From: Prochloraceae cyanobacterium
Lineage (GTDB): Bacteria > Cyanobacteriota > Cyanobacteriia > Cyanobacteriales > JASJDA01
Reading direction: 5' to 3'
DNA: 64,000 nucleotides
NCBI GenBank assembly: GCA_030065755.1
Contig: JASJDA010000031.1
Location: forward strand, 4,000-67,999
Below, in pieces: positions 11,206 to 21,324 of this stretch. The position numbers were made by a program, and so were the translations under genes. How positions within the stretch are numbered: position 1 is the stretch's first letter; each line of letters begins with the position of its first letter. The notes under the pieces were generated by a model. It searched no databases. It saw nothing but the letters and a program-made list of their open reading frames with translations, and was not told the origin of the DNA.

Positions 11206-12078
11206 TTATTTCGAGTCATGGTAATCAGACCAACGCTTTTTCCAACGGGTAGTAGGTTCCAAATAACTAGCTTGTTGTTCGGCAAATCGTCGCTGACAAA
11301 TAAGTTGAGGTGAATCTTTTAATTGAGGATCTCTATAGGGAACAGCCGCACGGGTATTTAAATGTTCTAATTCTTGCTGGGATAGGGGGGGAATTTCTGT
11401 GGCGACTTTGCCAGCAACTGTTCCTGGCGATCGTCGGCCAATACGACTAGTCGAGCCAAACTTTAACCCAGTTAAGCCTATAGCCGCGCGTACCGGAGCA
11501 GCACAAGAGTATGTAGCAAGTCTTCCTGTAGGTGCTAGACACATTGCTACTAATTGCAAAAATTCTACTGTCCACAGTTGGGGGCATTTGGGTGGAGAAA
11601 AGGGATCGAGAAAAATGGCATCGGCCCTAAAGGGGGAATTGAGTACTTGTTGAATGGTTTTTCGGGCGTCCCCTAGCAATAGCTTCCCTTGTAATTGGGG
11701 GGTTTTAATTTCTCCTGATTCTGCTAATGCAGTTAGCGATCGGCAGATTGTTTGGGGCCACCCATTTAGTAATTGACCCTCGACAGCCTGACGAGGCACT
11801 CTCAAATCTATCTCTAAAGCAATAAGCTCGACGCAGCATTCAGGATTGATAGATTGAATAGTTGTTAGTGCCGCCGCACTATTGTAACCAAGTCCGTAGC
11901 AAATATCTAACAGGCACAATCTAGAATTAACTCGCGCTTTTTCAGCTATATTACAGGGTTTGACAAATTTTTGGGCTGCTTCTAACTTAGCCCCAGCTCT
12001 CGAATGAAAAGCTTCGCCCAACTCGTGGTTAAAGAAGGTAAAAGAACCATCTTCTGTTAATTTGGGTTCAAACGACAT
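11206..12078 (-). CDS. MnmC/MnmD-like SAM-dependent methyltransferase (DUF752 type)
   Basis: FHSRAGAKLEAAQKFV, LLDICYGLGYN and AIFLDPFSPPKCPQLWT match the C-terminal methyltransferase module of tRNA mnm5s2U enzymes. Confidence 0.65.
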   Translation of the reverse strand: MSFEPKLTEDGSFTFFNHELGEAFHSRAGAKLEAAQKFVKPCNIAEKARVNSRLCLLDICYGLGYNSAAALTTIQSINPECCVELIALEIDLRVPRQAVEGQLLNGWPQTICRSLTALAESGEIKTPQLQGKLLLGDARKTIQQVLNSPFRADAIFLDPFSPPKCPQLWTVEFLQLVAMCLAPTGRLATYSCAAPVRAAIGLTGLKFGSTSRIGRRSPGTVAGKVATEIPPLSQQELEHLNTRAAVPYRDPQLKDSPQLICQRRFAEQQASYLEPTTRWKKRWSDYHDSK

Positions 12079-12177
12079 TTTATTTTCAGGAGCAGCAAAG
12101 GATAGTATTTGTAATGCTATTTCAGTACTTATAAGAAGTTGTTAAAATTTAATTAAGGCTCCAATAACAAAAATAGT

Positions 12178-12612
12178 ATGAAAGATCGGGATCTATTCAA
12201 AGATGAAAAACTCAAGCGATTGGAATTGTCAATTTACCTGACGCCAATAATAGGAGTTTTTCCCTCCCTCTGGAAGCTCTACATAAAACAAGGAGATATG
12301 GCTCCTGGCGAGGCAGAACAGTCGCCTCATAGCGCATCTCTTCGAGAGCGCGACAGGAAAAATGCCAGTCGTTTATCTGTCACTTTAGCGGCAATCTGGC
12401 TGATAGCTTACAGCTTACTCTGGCTTGGAACTAACGAATCTTCTCAGATCTTAACGTTTCGATTACTATATATAAACAGTCTGTTAACTTCTGGCTATTT
12501 TTTAACGTGCATAGTTTTAATAGTGCGTCTCTGGCAAGGTAAGTCGCTAAAATTACCAGGGATTAGCCAAATTTCCGATAAAATCAGCACAAAAACATAT
12601 ACTAAACCATAA
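12178..12612 (+). CDS. hypothetical small membrane protein
   Basis: The ORF has about three hydrophobic segments. No recognisable motif. Confidence 0.4.
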   Translation: MKDRDLFKDEKLKRLELSIYLTPIIGVFPSLWKLYIKQGDMAPGEAEQSPHSASLRERDRKNASRLSVTLAAIWLIAYSLLWLGTNESSQILTFRLLYINSLLTSGYFLTCIVLIVRLWQGKSLKLPGISQISDKISTKTYTKP

Positions 12613-12865
12613 AAGATCCAAGTTCATAAAAGTTAAAGGTAATACAGGTTGAAAAGTACGATATTAACCGATAACGTATACCCTATTAAATTAATAGCCT
12701 ACTGTCGGTAGCAATTCCCTCTTCAGAATAATGTAATGAAGAAACTAAAGATAGGTCAGTAAACGTCAACATATATAAATGACTGCGCGGTTAACTCAAA
12801 CGTGGCTGCGCGACTCTATTTTCTACTCTCGTATCCCCAACTGAAAAAATAACAACTATAAAGGT

Positions 12866-14320
12866 GTGAGGAAGTTTGTGTCAGCTAGAAAAATGCGTGA
12901 AAAAAGCCGTATAAAGCCCGATCGTAATGCTAGGCTCAAAAAACCAGATGGAAAGACAATAAAAGGCTCTCTAGTATTTATCTGGTTAGGTTTAACTGGA
13001 CTGGCAATGCTTTCAGCAGCAGCGGGAGCAATGCTTGCAGTATCTCTTTCATCCACCCCTCTGCAAAAACAAGAGTTAACTCCTGAAGAAAAAAAAGTAT
13101 TTAACCAAGACAAAACCGTCTCGCCAAATCCTCTACAAATACCTAAATTGAATCGAACGGTAAATATATTGGTTTTAGGTATCAAAGTTATTACATCCGA
13201 TCTCAAGCAAAACTATTCTGACACAGATCTTGGATATCAAGCTTTAGTTAACTCTTTCGAGGGTCTCAGCGATAGTATGCTGTTGCTGCGATTTGACCCT
13301 GAAAAAGAAAAATTGACCGTACTTTCTATTCCTCGCGATACTAGGGTCTACCTGAAAGGATACGGGATTAGAAAAATTAATTCTGCTAATTATATAAGTG
13401 GTCCTGCACTATCGACTCAAGCGGTAAGCGATCTCTTAGAAGGAGTATCTATAGATCGCTACGTGCGGATCAACGTACAAGGGGTGGAAAAACTGATCGA
13501 TGCCTTGGGTGGGGTGAACCTTTACGTACCCAAGGACATGAAGTATACCGACCACAGCCAACACCTCTACATCGATCTAAAAGAGGGGGAACAACACCTA
13601 GACGGCAATAAAGCAATGCAGTTTTTGCGCTTTCGCTACGATCGCTACGGGGATATTGGTCGGGTACAGCGACAACAAATGTTCTTCCGAGCCCTTCAAG
13701 AACAGGCTCTCAAGCCACGTACTGTCATGCGACTGCCAAAAATACTTTCTATTCTCGAATCCCACATCGATACTAACTTATCTGTAGAAGAGTTATTAGC
13801 TTTGGGTAATTTTGCATCCCATACTGATAGATCGGACGTACAAATGCTCATGGTGCCAGGGGACTACAACGGTAATGGCAAGAACGGGATTAGCTACTGG
13901 CTGCCCAGTTATCGCCGCATTCGAGAAATGATGGCGGAGCATTTCAATGTGGGAGAGAGTCATTCTGAGTGGGAGGTTCCTGACCCAGCCAAGGTAAGGA
14001 TCGCTATTCAAGATAGTACTGGAGATTCCGAAGCAGTGCAAACTGTTGTTACTCGCCTGCAAGAAGCTGGCTACCGCAGAATTTATTTGGGCGATCGCTG
14101 GAACGAACCCCTGGATTTGACTAGGATTATCGCTCAAAAAGGAGATGACGGATCTGCAGCAGTTATTCGCGTCAATTTAGGAATAGGAGAAGTCTTGGTA
14201 GAAAGTACTGGCGTGTTGGGTTCTGACGTAACAATAGCATTGGGCGAGGACTGGCGAGAACTGCTAAATTCTAGTAAATACCTTTCACCAGTACCTGAAT
14301 CTTCCTTTTCTCAAGAATAA
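12866..14320 (+). CDS. LCP (LytR-CpsA-Psr) family cell-envelope phosphotransferase
   Basis: An N-terminal TM anchor is followed by the LCP core (DSMLLLRFDP, SIPRDT, RFRYDRYGDIGRVQRQQ). A C-terminal LytR_C-like domain is present. Confidence 0.8.
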   Translation: MRKFVSARKMREKSRIKPDRNARLKKPDGKTIKGSLVFIWLGLTGLAMLSAAAGAMLAVSLSSTPLQKQELTPEEKKVFNQDKTVSPNPLQIPKLNRTVNILVLGIKVITSDLKQNYSDTDLGYQALVNSFEGLSDSMLLLRFDPEKEKLTVLSIPRDTRVYLKGYGIRKINSANYISGPALSTQAVSDLLEGVSIDRYVRINVQGVEKLIDALGGVNLYVPKDMKYTDHSQHLYIDLKEGEQHLDGNKAMQFLRFRYDRYGDIGRVQRQQMFFRALQEQALKPRTVMRLPKILSILESHIDTNLSVEELLALGNFASHTDRSDVQMLMVPGDYNGNGKNGISYWLPSYRRIREMMAEHFNVGESHSEWEVPDPAKVRIAIQDSTGDSEAVQTVVTRLQEAGYRRIYLGDRWNEPLDLTRIIAQKGDDGSAAVIRVNLGIGEVLVESTGVLGSDVTIALGEDWRELLNSSKYLSPVPESSFSQE

Positions 14321-14363
14321 ATCCCTATTTCTCGCCCCCGAAGATCGCGCCGCCATTAATCAA

Positions 14364-15812
14364 TTAATCAATTGGCACAAAATCGTAACCACTAGAAAAA
14401 TTATTAGACTTAACGAGCCTTACTAATTGAACTTTTGACTTGCGATCGCCCCAAGGGAAAAACTCGATTTTACCTGATGCTCCAGTGATGGAAAAATCTG
14501 GGTTAGATAGTTCTTCTTTGATCCCATCGCGAGTAGGATTGATTTCTATGGCGGCAATCAAAGATTTTGTAGCATCGTAGGCTAAAATTGTGCGCCAGCT
14601 TACTCGGGAAGTTCGCCATAGCTTTTTAGACAAAGAGCTAAAGTCTGGCTCCATAACTCGATCGATATGCCAAGGTATTGCTATTATCATCCCCTCTGAA
14701 AATTGAGGATGAATTGTTAAAGTTTTAGGGGTATAAACATCATCTCCTCCTAGTAACGGGAGCTTTTTTCTGTTGACACTAACCACCTGAAGTGCTTCAT
14801 CTATTGTGCTAACACTGGCTGCTAACATTAAGACTTGTGCGCCTTTTTCATTTGCCTCATTTACTTTTTTATAAGCATCAAAGCCAGATTTAGAAAAGTT
14901 AAATTCAGCAACAATATCTCCTCCTTTTGCAAATACAGAAATGCTGAATTCAGATTTGAGGGAACGGCTATATCCACTCTTAGCATTGAAAAAAACAGCG
15001 ACTTTTTTTTGTCCCATCTCGTCCAACATATAGTCGGCTAATGCTTTTGCTGCAATTGAATCGCTCGGAACAGTGCGAAAAACGTAGTCGCTAAAGTCTG
15101 ATAATTTAACTGAGGTACTAACGGGGGAAATGGCAACTAACTTTTCTTTATCGTAGATTTCTCCTGCTGCTAAAGTAGTATCGCTAGCATAATGACCCAC
15201 TACTCCTAGGATGTCCTTATTTTTGGTAAACTCTATGGCAATTTTCTGGGCAATTTCTGGATTTTCTCGATCGTCAGCTAGCAATACTTTTAGAGGTATT
15301 CCGTTAATTTTCTCCTGTGAATTATTTATTTTATATTGAGCTTGAGCTACCCCTCTCATCATCTCCAAAGCCCCATTTGGATCGCTACTAATTGGCACGG
15401 ACAAAGCGATAGTATAGTGTCGCTCTTGACCTATGCGTGCATTGTTTAAATAAATTCTAGTCTCGGGTTCATTTTTATAGCGATCGAGTGCTTTTTGAAA
15501 ATGATTTGCCGCTTCCTCAAAGTTGCCAGCAGCCATTGCTCGAACCCCTTTCTGTTTTTGCGAGCTTTTTTTTTCTTTTATAAGTATTTTTTCCCCGAAA
15601 CTAATTTGTTGTTTTACTGCTACATTACTATCAGTTTTCGAGTCTTTTTTAATTGGAGTATTTTTAACAATTTCTTTAACAACTTCTGAATTTAAAGTTT
15701 GATTTTCAGAAGTTGGAGTTAGGTTCGGCATTAGTGAAAGACTAACTGCCAATAAAATTCCCGCAATAAACAGAATAATAAAAAGTATAATAATTTCATT
15801 TCTTTTTGACAT
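14364..15812 (-). CDS. membrane-anchored type I periplasmic-binding-protein (Leu/Ile/Val-binding-like ABC substrate-binding) protein
   Basis: An N-terminal TM helix and a TPR-like segment are followed by a LivK-like fold (GVVGHYASDTT, AISPVSTS, VAVFFN). It lies directly downstream of the kinase gene on the same strand. Confidence 0.7.
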   Translation of the reverse strand: MSKRNEIIILFIILFIAGILLAVSLSLMPNLTPTSENQTLNSEVVKEIVKNTPIKKDSKTDSNVAVKQQISFGEKILIKEKKSSQKQKGVRAMAAGNFEEAANHFQKALDRYKNEPETRIYLNNARIGQERHYTIALSVPISSDPNGALEMMRGVAQAQYKINNSQEKINGIPLKVLLADDRENPEIAQKIAIEFTKNKDILGVVGHYASDTTLAAGEIYDKEKLVAISPVSTSVKLSDFSDYVFRTVPSDSIAAKALADYMLDEMGQKKVAVFFNAKSGYSRSLKSEFSISVFAKGGDIVAEFNFSKSGFDAYKKVNEANEKGAQVLMLAASVSTIDEALQVVSVNRKKLPLLGGDDVYTPKTLTIHPQFSEGMIIAIPWHIDRVMEPDFSSLSKKLWRTSRVSWRTILAYDATKSLIAAIEINPTRDGIKEELSNPDFSITGASGKIEFFPWGDRKSKVQLVRLVKSNNFSSGYDFVPID

Positions 15813-15836
15813 AGTAATCTTATTAATTCTATTTTT

Positions 15837-17219
15837 TTATCTATTAATAAAATACTTGATAATTTGATGAGATACTCTTAAAATAATAGCAATTAAACCG
15901 GATATTAAAGTAATAAATAACAACACAAAAAAGAAATCAGCTTTTAACGAAAAATTTTTCGATATTTGCAAACTATTAAAAATATTAAATCCTATGAAAG
16001 TTGGAATTATAGCAATAATTATCCAAGAAATTTTTTCAAAAAATGAAACTCTTTGAAGAAAAATCCCTGCGATCGTAATTGCTACGATCGACAGCCAAAG
16101 TTGAGTGCTAATCCACACTGTGCCGAGAAAACTAATCAGGGCGATCGCTATACATTTATCTACAGAATTAAGAAGATTTATAGGAGCTAACCATTTGCTG
16201 ACAGAAAAATTAGCAAGTAATCTTCTTAATTTATTTGATTCTGTTAAATCTGATAATTGAGAAAATAACAAACTTTCTTTTACCGTCATATAAAAACTCA
16301 TAGCTTTTGAAGGAGGGTCGGCAAAAGTTTTGCGTTTGTTGTTTTGAGTTATATCTGTTGTTAATATGACTTTTCTGTTTAGTAGGGGCGTGTCGATGTT
16401 GAACTGTCTCAAAGCTGCTAAAACTTCAGAAGCAGATTTATAGCGATATAGCCAATCTTTAAGGACCATTTTCTCTAGTATTGATTTAAGCTTTGGATTC
16501 ATTTGTACTCGATCGGACCATCTTAACTCCCCTGTATGTCGATCTCTGTCCAAATCCTGCGGTCTCAATCCAGTTAAAGCTTGAATGGCGATGATTCCTA
16601 CTGCATATACGTCGCTAGACAATTTGGCTTTTCCTGCTGCTTGTTCGTTGGGCATATAACCTGGAGTCCCGATAATTGTTCCGATTGTACTCAGTCCAGA
16701 ATTATCGTCGAGTTGAGTTACAGCTAGCTGTTTAATCGCTCCAAAATCTATCAAAATTATTTTTCCATCTTGCTTGCGCCGCATTAAATTACTTGGCTTA
16801 ATATCTCTATGTATAATTTTTTTCTGGTGAAGAAAAGCTAAAGGTTTTAAGATATCTTTTAGTAATTGAATAACTTGTGATTCTGGTAGTTGTTTGCCTG
16901 GCGTTAATTCTTGAGTTAGATCGTAGCCCGAGATAAATTCTTGAACTAAGTAAAATTGTCGCTTTTCTTCAAAATAAGCTAAGAGGGAAGGGATTTGATC
17001 GTGATTCCGGCCTAATTCATAGAGTGCTTTAGCTTCTCTTTTGAACAATTTTTTGAGCAAATCAAAAGTTTTTTGTTCCCAAGAAATAAATTTTAATTGC
17101 TTAACCACACATTGATGACGAAATTGCCGAAGATCTTCAGCTAGATAAGTGTTGCCAAAACTTCCACAGCCTAGCGGTTTAATGATTTTAAAGTTACCGC
17201 CAACAATCTTAATATTCAT
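15837..17219 (-). CDS. serine/threonine protein kinase with a C-terminal multi-pass membrane region
   Basis: Hanks kinase motifs are present: GCGSFGNTY, VVKQL, HRDIKPSN, DFG and GTPGYMPNE. The C-terminal third is hydrophobic. Confidence 0.9.
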   Translation of the reverse strand: MNIKIVGGNFKIIKPLGCGSFGNTYLAEDLRQFRHQCVVKQLKFISWEQKTFDLLKKLFKREAKALYELGRNHDQIPSLLAYFEEKRQFYLVQEFISGYDLTQELTPGKQLPESQVIQLLKDILKPLAFLHQKKIIHRDIKPSNLMRRKQDGKIILIDFGAIKQLAVTQLDDNSGLSTIGTIIGTPGYMPNEQAAGKAKLSSDVYAVGIIAIQALTGLRPQDLDRDRHTGELRWSDRVQMNPKLKSILEKMVLKDWLYRYKSASEVLAALRQFNIDTPLLNRKVILTTDITQNNKRKTFADPPSKAMSFYMTVKESLLFSQLSDLTESNKLRRLLANFSVSKWLAPINLLNSVDKCIAIALISFLGTVWISTQLWLSIVAITIAGIFLQRVSFFEKISWIIIAIIPTFIGFNIFNSLQISKNFSLKADFFFVLLFITLISGLIAIILRVSHQIIKYFINR

Positions 17220-17633
17220 ACCATCAATGTTTTGAGTTATTTTTTCGAGACTTTTAAACTCTAATCCCCACCATTAGATAACAGAATTTAGTTAAAGAAA
17301 TTTTGGATATTTTAAAGATATATTTTGAGAATCTAGTTTCTATCTTAAGATACAATGATTTTATGTTCTTAAATTCCCATATAATCTTCTCTTAATATTC
17401 TTAAAATTTTATTTAGTTTCGGCTTAAATATTTAAATAGTATTTTTATCTCATTTGTTGCTAGGGCAAAAAAAATATCAAAACAGTTATCAGTTATCAAG
17501 TCTCCTCATGGATTTAATTTGTTATCTTTTTTTGTAACCTCTTGACAAAAATCTGATTAGTGCGCTAATTAAGTTAAACTAGCTCTCTATAGTTGCCAAT
17601 AATCAACTCGCTCGTGCTGAAGGATAACTATCA

Positions 17634-17885
17634 ATGCCCAGAAACCCAGATGAATATGCTGTTCATTTATTCCTCTCCAGCGGCCATACAGAAGAAGTTC
17701 GCTTTACAACGATTCAAGAGTTTCAGAAATGGTATAGTGGCGAGTTGATGCCTAAGTCTGATTCCCAAGACTTTATCAACGTACCAATTAAAAATATTCA
17801 GGGCGAATATATGATCTTACGCCCCTCTAGTGTTATAGCTATCCGAGTAGAGCCAGTATTTCTCGGAAGCGTGGAACGTTTCTAA
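17634..17885 (+). CDS. hypothetical 83-aa protein
   Basis: A clean ORF preceded by a long AT-rich promoter-like region. It is followed closely by mltA on the same strand. Confidence 0.45.
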   Translation: MPRNPDEYAVHLFLSSGHTEEVRFTTIQEFQKWYSGELMPKSDSQDFINVPIKNIQGEYMILRPSSVIAIRVEPVFLGSVERF

Positions 17886-17908
17886 GTTTTTTGCGATCGC
17901 CAAAAAAT

Positions 17909-19051
17909 ATGAAAAAATCAACTATTGCTTTACTATCTTTAACTTTGGGAGTTGCTCTTTGGTCTCCAAAACTACTCATTGCTTCAGAAGTTCCTTTGCG
18001 AAAAACCCAGCAATGCAGCGTGAGAAGATGTTTGGGCACAGACGAGCTACTCTGGAATTCCAAAGGAGAAAAACAAGCCCTCTTAAGGTCAATTAATAAC
18101 AGTCTCGGCTATCTAGATACTCCTACTTCTGCCGAAGTTTATGAGAATTATCCAGTACCAGGAGTAACCCACGATCGCGTCCGTCGCTCTTTAGTTCGTT
18201 TCCGCGAATTACTGATGCATTCGAGTAGCAAAGCAGAATTTCAAGCAGCTATCGATCGCGAGTTTGAGATCTACAAGTCGGTAGGAAAAGACGGACGGGG
18301 AACGGTTATGTTTACGGGTTATTTTGAACCTCTCTATAGGGGGAGTCGCACCCGCACCAGAGAATATCGCTATCCTCTCTATGGCAAACCAACGGACTTC
18401 GACCTGTGGTCGAAACCTCACCCCACTCGCGCCCAATTAGAAGGATATGACGGCTTGGGAGGAAAAAGTCCTTTAGCCGGAAACGAAGTAGTTTGGCTGC
18501 GCGATCGTATGGAAGCTTACCTGGTTCAAGTTCAGGGTTCTGCCAGAATTAAGCTTACCAATGGGGAGACAATTTCCGTTGGCTATGCCGGAAGTACTGA
18601 CTATCCCTATGTCAGTATTGGCGGAGAATTAATCAAAGATGGGGTAATTACTCGCAGCCAGCTATCTTTACCCAGAATGGTTGCTTATTTGCGGTCTCAT
18701 CCTGGCAAGCTTAACGAATATGCTTCTCGCAATAATCGCTTTATTTTCTTTCGAGAAACTCATGGAGCGCCTCCTATGGGCAACATTAACGTACCCGTAA
18801 CCGCAAATCGTTCCATTGCTACAGATAAAGATTTGATGCCCCCTGGAGCCTTAGCCGTAATTCGCGCTCCTATTACCGATTTTAATCGAGGGCGTTTGAC
18901 GACCCTTTACGTGCTGGATCAGGACACTGGTAGTGCGATAAAAACCCCAGGACGAGTGGATATTTTTATGGGTAGTGGTCCAGTAGCGGGCGATCGCGCT
19001 GGCAAAATTAATGGTCCAGGGGAACTGTACTATCTGCTTCTGAAAAATTAA
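17909..19051 (+). CDS. mltA: membrane-bound lytic murein transglycosylase A family protein
   Basis: A signal-peptide-like start (MKKSTIALLSLTLGVAL) begins at the ATG at 17909; the track ORF begins at a TTG at 17891. The MltA domain and the 3D domain with DTGSAIK are present. Confidence 0.8.
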   Translation: MKKSTIALLSLTLGVALWSPKLLIASEVPLRKTQQCSVRRCLGTDELLWNSKGEKQALLRSINNSLGYLDTPTSAEVYENYPVPGVTHDRVRRSLVRFRELLMHSSSKAEFQAAIDREFEIYKSVGKDGRGTVMFTGYFEPLYRGSRTRTREYRYPLYGKPTDFDLWSKPHPTRAQLEGYDGLGGKSPLAGNEVVWLRDRMEAYLVQVQGSARIKLTNGETISVGYAGSTDYPYVSIGGELIKDGVITRSQLSLPRMVAYLRSHPGKLNEYASRNNRFIFFRETHGAPPMGNINVPVTANRSIATDKDLMPPGALAVIRAPITDFNRGRLTTLYVLDQDTGSAIKTPGRVDIFMGSGPVAGDRAGKINGPGELYYLLLKN

Positions 19052-19830
19052 TTTTCCTGCCGAAATAAATTAAACCGCGTCAATAAATTTTCTACAGCCC
19101 TCGGTAAAGTTGTCTCCAACTCAGAGGGTTTTTTAAATTCCAACTGTTGGTGAGGAGGTAGCTCAAAAGGGTATTCTCCTACTAAGTCTGGCTTTGCCAT
19201 TTTAACTAGCAAAATTTCTTCGCTTCCCTTGCTTTGCAGAGCATAGCCTATTTCCACACAGACACTAGGACTGGGTATTAGTTGAATTTTATTTTCTTTT
19301 TCAGCACAAGTTGCCACCGAAGTTACGTCAGCGACAAACAGCAAGCTTTTACGAATTTTGTTCATTTGCGTGCTGCTCAATCGCATGGGAACTTCAGCGG
19401 GACGTTGAGATTCTTCTAAGCAGATCTCAAAGCGCGATCGCTGATTGAGAATATCTATTGTTTTAATTAAATATTGACGCAAAGCATCACTAGAATCGGT
19501 ATATTCTCTTTGATGGCTCAAAAAGATAACTGGTTCCAGCCAAGCGGACGCTTGCTGTTTGGTGAAGTAAATTTCCTGGGAGATTATATCTATGTTGGAG
19601 ATGATATAGCTGCCGCTACCCTCGATGTAAAATTCGACGGTTTCTCCTTCTAAATAACGTCTCAACCAAACAGATTTCTCTGCCTCCTTTCTTTCATTTA
19701 AAAAATCTGCCCGCAAACCAGATTTAAGCAAGCTATTTCTGCTCAAACGCAGGTCGTGAGGACGCTTTATTACTTCTTTAATAGGTTCGTATTGTTCTAG
19801 ATACCACGCTCTCAGAGCGACGATCGCCAT
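19048..19830 (-). CDS. hypothetical protein; the C-terminal half is possibly a TIR-like / nucleoside 2-deoxyribosyltransferase-like fold
   Basis: The strand-helix pattern VIFLSH...LLFVADVT...VCVEIGYAL...ILLVK resembles TIR-like/NDT-like Rossmannoid domains. This is a recollection only. The N-terminal ~100 aa are unassigned. Confidence 0.45.
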   Translation of the reverse strand: MAIVALRAWYLEQYEPIKEVIKRPHDLRLSRNSLLKSGLRADFLNERKEAEKSVWLRRYLEGETVEFYIEGSGSYIISNIDIISQEIYFTKQQASAWLEPVIFLSHQREYTDSSDALRQYLIKTIDILNQRSRFEICLEESQRPAEVPMRLSSTQMNKIRKSLLFVADVTSVATCAEKENKIQLIPSPSVCVEIGYALQSKGSEEILLVKMAKPDLVGEYPFELPPHQQLEFKKPSELETTLPRAVENLLTRFNLFRQEN

Positions 19831-19893
19831 AATTTTGATATAAATGAGATGTTTTTCCCATCTCTTACAAACAAAGGTTAATATCTAGAAATC

Positions 19894-20262
19894 TTAGCAG
19901 TAAGCACTCACATCCTCACCACATTTGTCTGCTAAATAGCAAATTGCTCGAAAACGCAAGGCTACTACTTCGTTGTAAAGGGGGTTTAATTTACACAGTG
20001 GCGGGATCCTCAGTACAGTTATACCGAAAAATTTGATTTCTCGCTCAAAGGGACACTGAGCTGGAATCATTTCGCATATATTGCGAGCTAACTTAGGTCC
20101 ATCGATTTCAATGCTGTCAAGCCAGCGTCTTAGGGGCCGCAATAGATCGAAGTTTTGCTCGCGATAAAAAGTTTTGTTAATATTTGTTACTTTTTGTGTA
20201 GTATTTGGCTTCCAGCCACAAAACAAGAACTTTTTTCCCGTATAATTGGATACGTTACTCAT
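19894..20262 (-). CDS. Mo-dependent nitrogenase C-terminal domain (Mo-nitro_C) family protein
   Basis: LRPLRRWLDSIEI...LARNICEMIPAQCPFEREI matches the conserved cyanobacterial Mo-nitro_C signature as I recall it. Confidence 0.6.
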   Translation of the reverse strand: MSNVSNYTGKKFLFCGWKPNTTQKVTNINKTFYREQNFDLLRPLRRWLDSIEIDGPKLARNICEMIPAQCPFEREIKFFGITVLRIPPLCKLNPLYNEVVALRFRAICYLADKCGEDVSAYC

Positions 20263-20895
20263 GATTGTTTTTTCTCAGTCCTCAAGTTAATAAGTTTCAT
20301 TACTTCTTAATTGACCTACAATTCCTTAGCTGGGTTCCTAAAATCGTTATTGTTGGCAGACAATAACAAGGTAAACTAGCTGGAATTGCTTACTGTGTAA
20401 ATGTTTCCAGGAACTATTATAAAAAACTAATGGTTCTCGAGCAAGAACTTAGAGGTCAAATGAACAATAACTACTCTTTAATATCCTGTCTGAGTCTAAC
20501 GCAATATGGCATGAGCATAATTACTTAATTTTAGTGATTATTTTTTTATATGAATCTACGTTACTTAACTTAAGGGAGTAAACAGGAGCTTTTCAGAACT
20601 TTATTCAGAAAAAAAAGTAGTTTACCAAAACTTTGTTTTATTTCTCGGCATATTCGGTCTTTATCAACAACTAAGATAATAAGTAAAGAAATGGAGAAGT
20701 TATTAGCAATATTTGGTTTATTAGATGAAGATTTAATGAAATAGGTTTAATAGGTTTATGCATTATAGGGGTTGGAATCATTTCTTTGAGTTCAGGTGTT
20801 GGATTGCAAATATCTTGGGGTGTAGTGCTAATTTCGATCGCCACCCTATCGACTAGCCTTTACTCGGTGATGCAAAAACCTTTGCTTGTTAAATA

Positions 20896-21105
20896 GGGCT
20901 TGCTGAAAAAGTAGCGATCGCGAATCTAGCAGCCACACAGCTTGAAAATAGTAGGTTTAGGAATTGATCTTAAAAACAAGCTAGGCGTTTACTGAACAAG
21001 TGCAAGGTTTTTGAGCCTCATACCCCCTAAAACCTTGCACTTATTTTACGAAAAAATGCTTGAAACCTTTATCTAGAGAGGATTACAGCTTTATTCAGCA
21101 AGCTC
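20896..21105. mobile_element. MITE copy 1 (about 210 bp) inside the EamA pseudogene
   Basis: The terminal inverted repeats are GGGCTTGCTGAAAAAG ... CTTTATTCAGCAAGCTC. It is flanked by the direct duplication TAAATA (20890-20895 and 21106-21111). Removing the element and one duplicate rejoins ...PLLVKYSPIQ.... It is alignable by eye to the copy at 23877-24087. Confidence 0.75.
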
Positions 21106-21324
21106 TAAATATAGTCCTATTCAGTTTACTAGCTACGCTATCCGGACAGGGCGCTATTCTTGTTTTTTCTAAGACTTCAAGCGATTATATCGGCTATTGA
21201 TGCACTTTTTGCTCCAACATTAGCAGTGATATATATGGGTGTGTTTCCAGGTGTAATTGCTTATATTGCCTGGTCTTACGTCTTATCTCAAATTCCAGCT
21301 TCACAAGCGGGTAGTTATTTAGCT

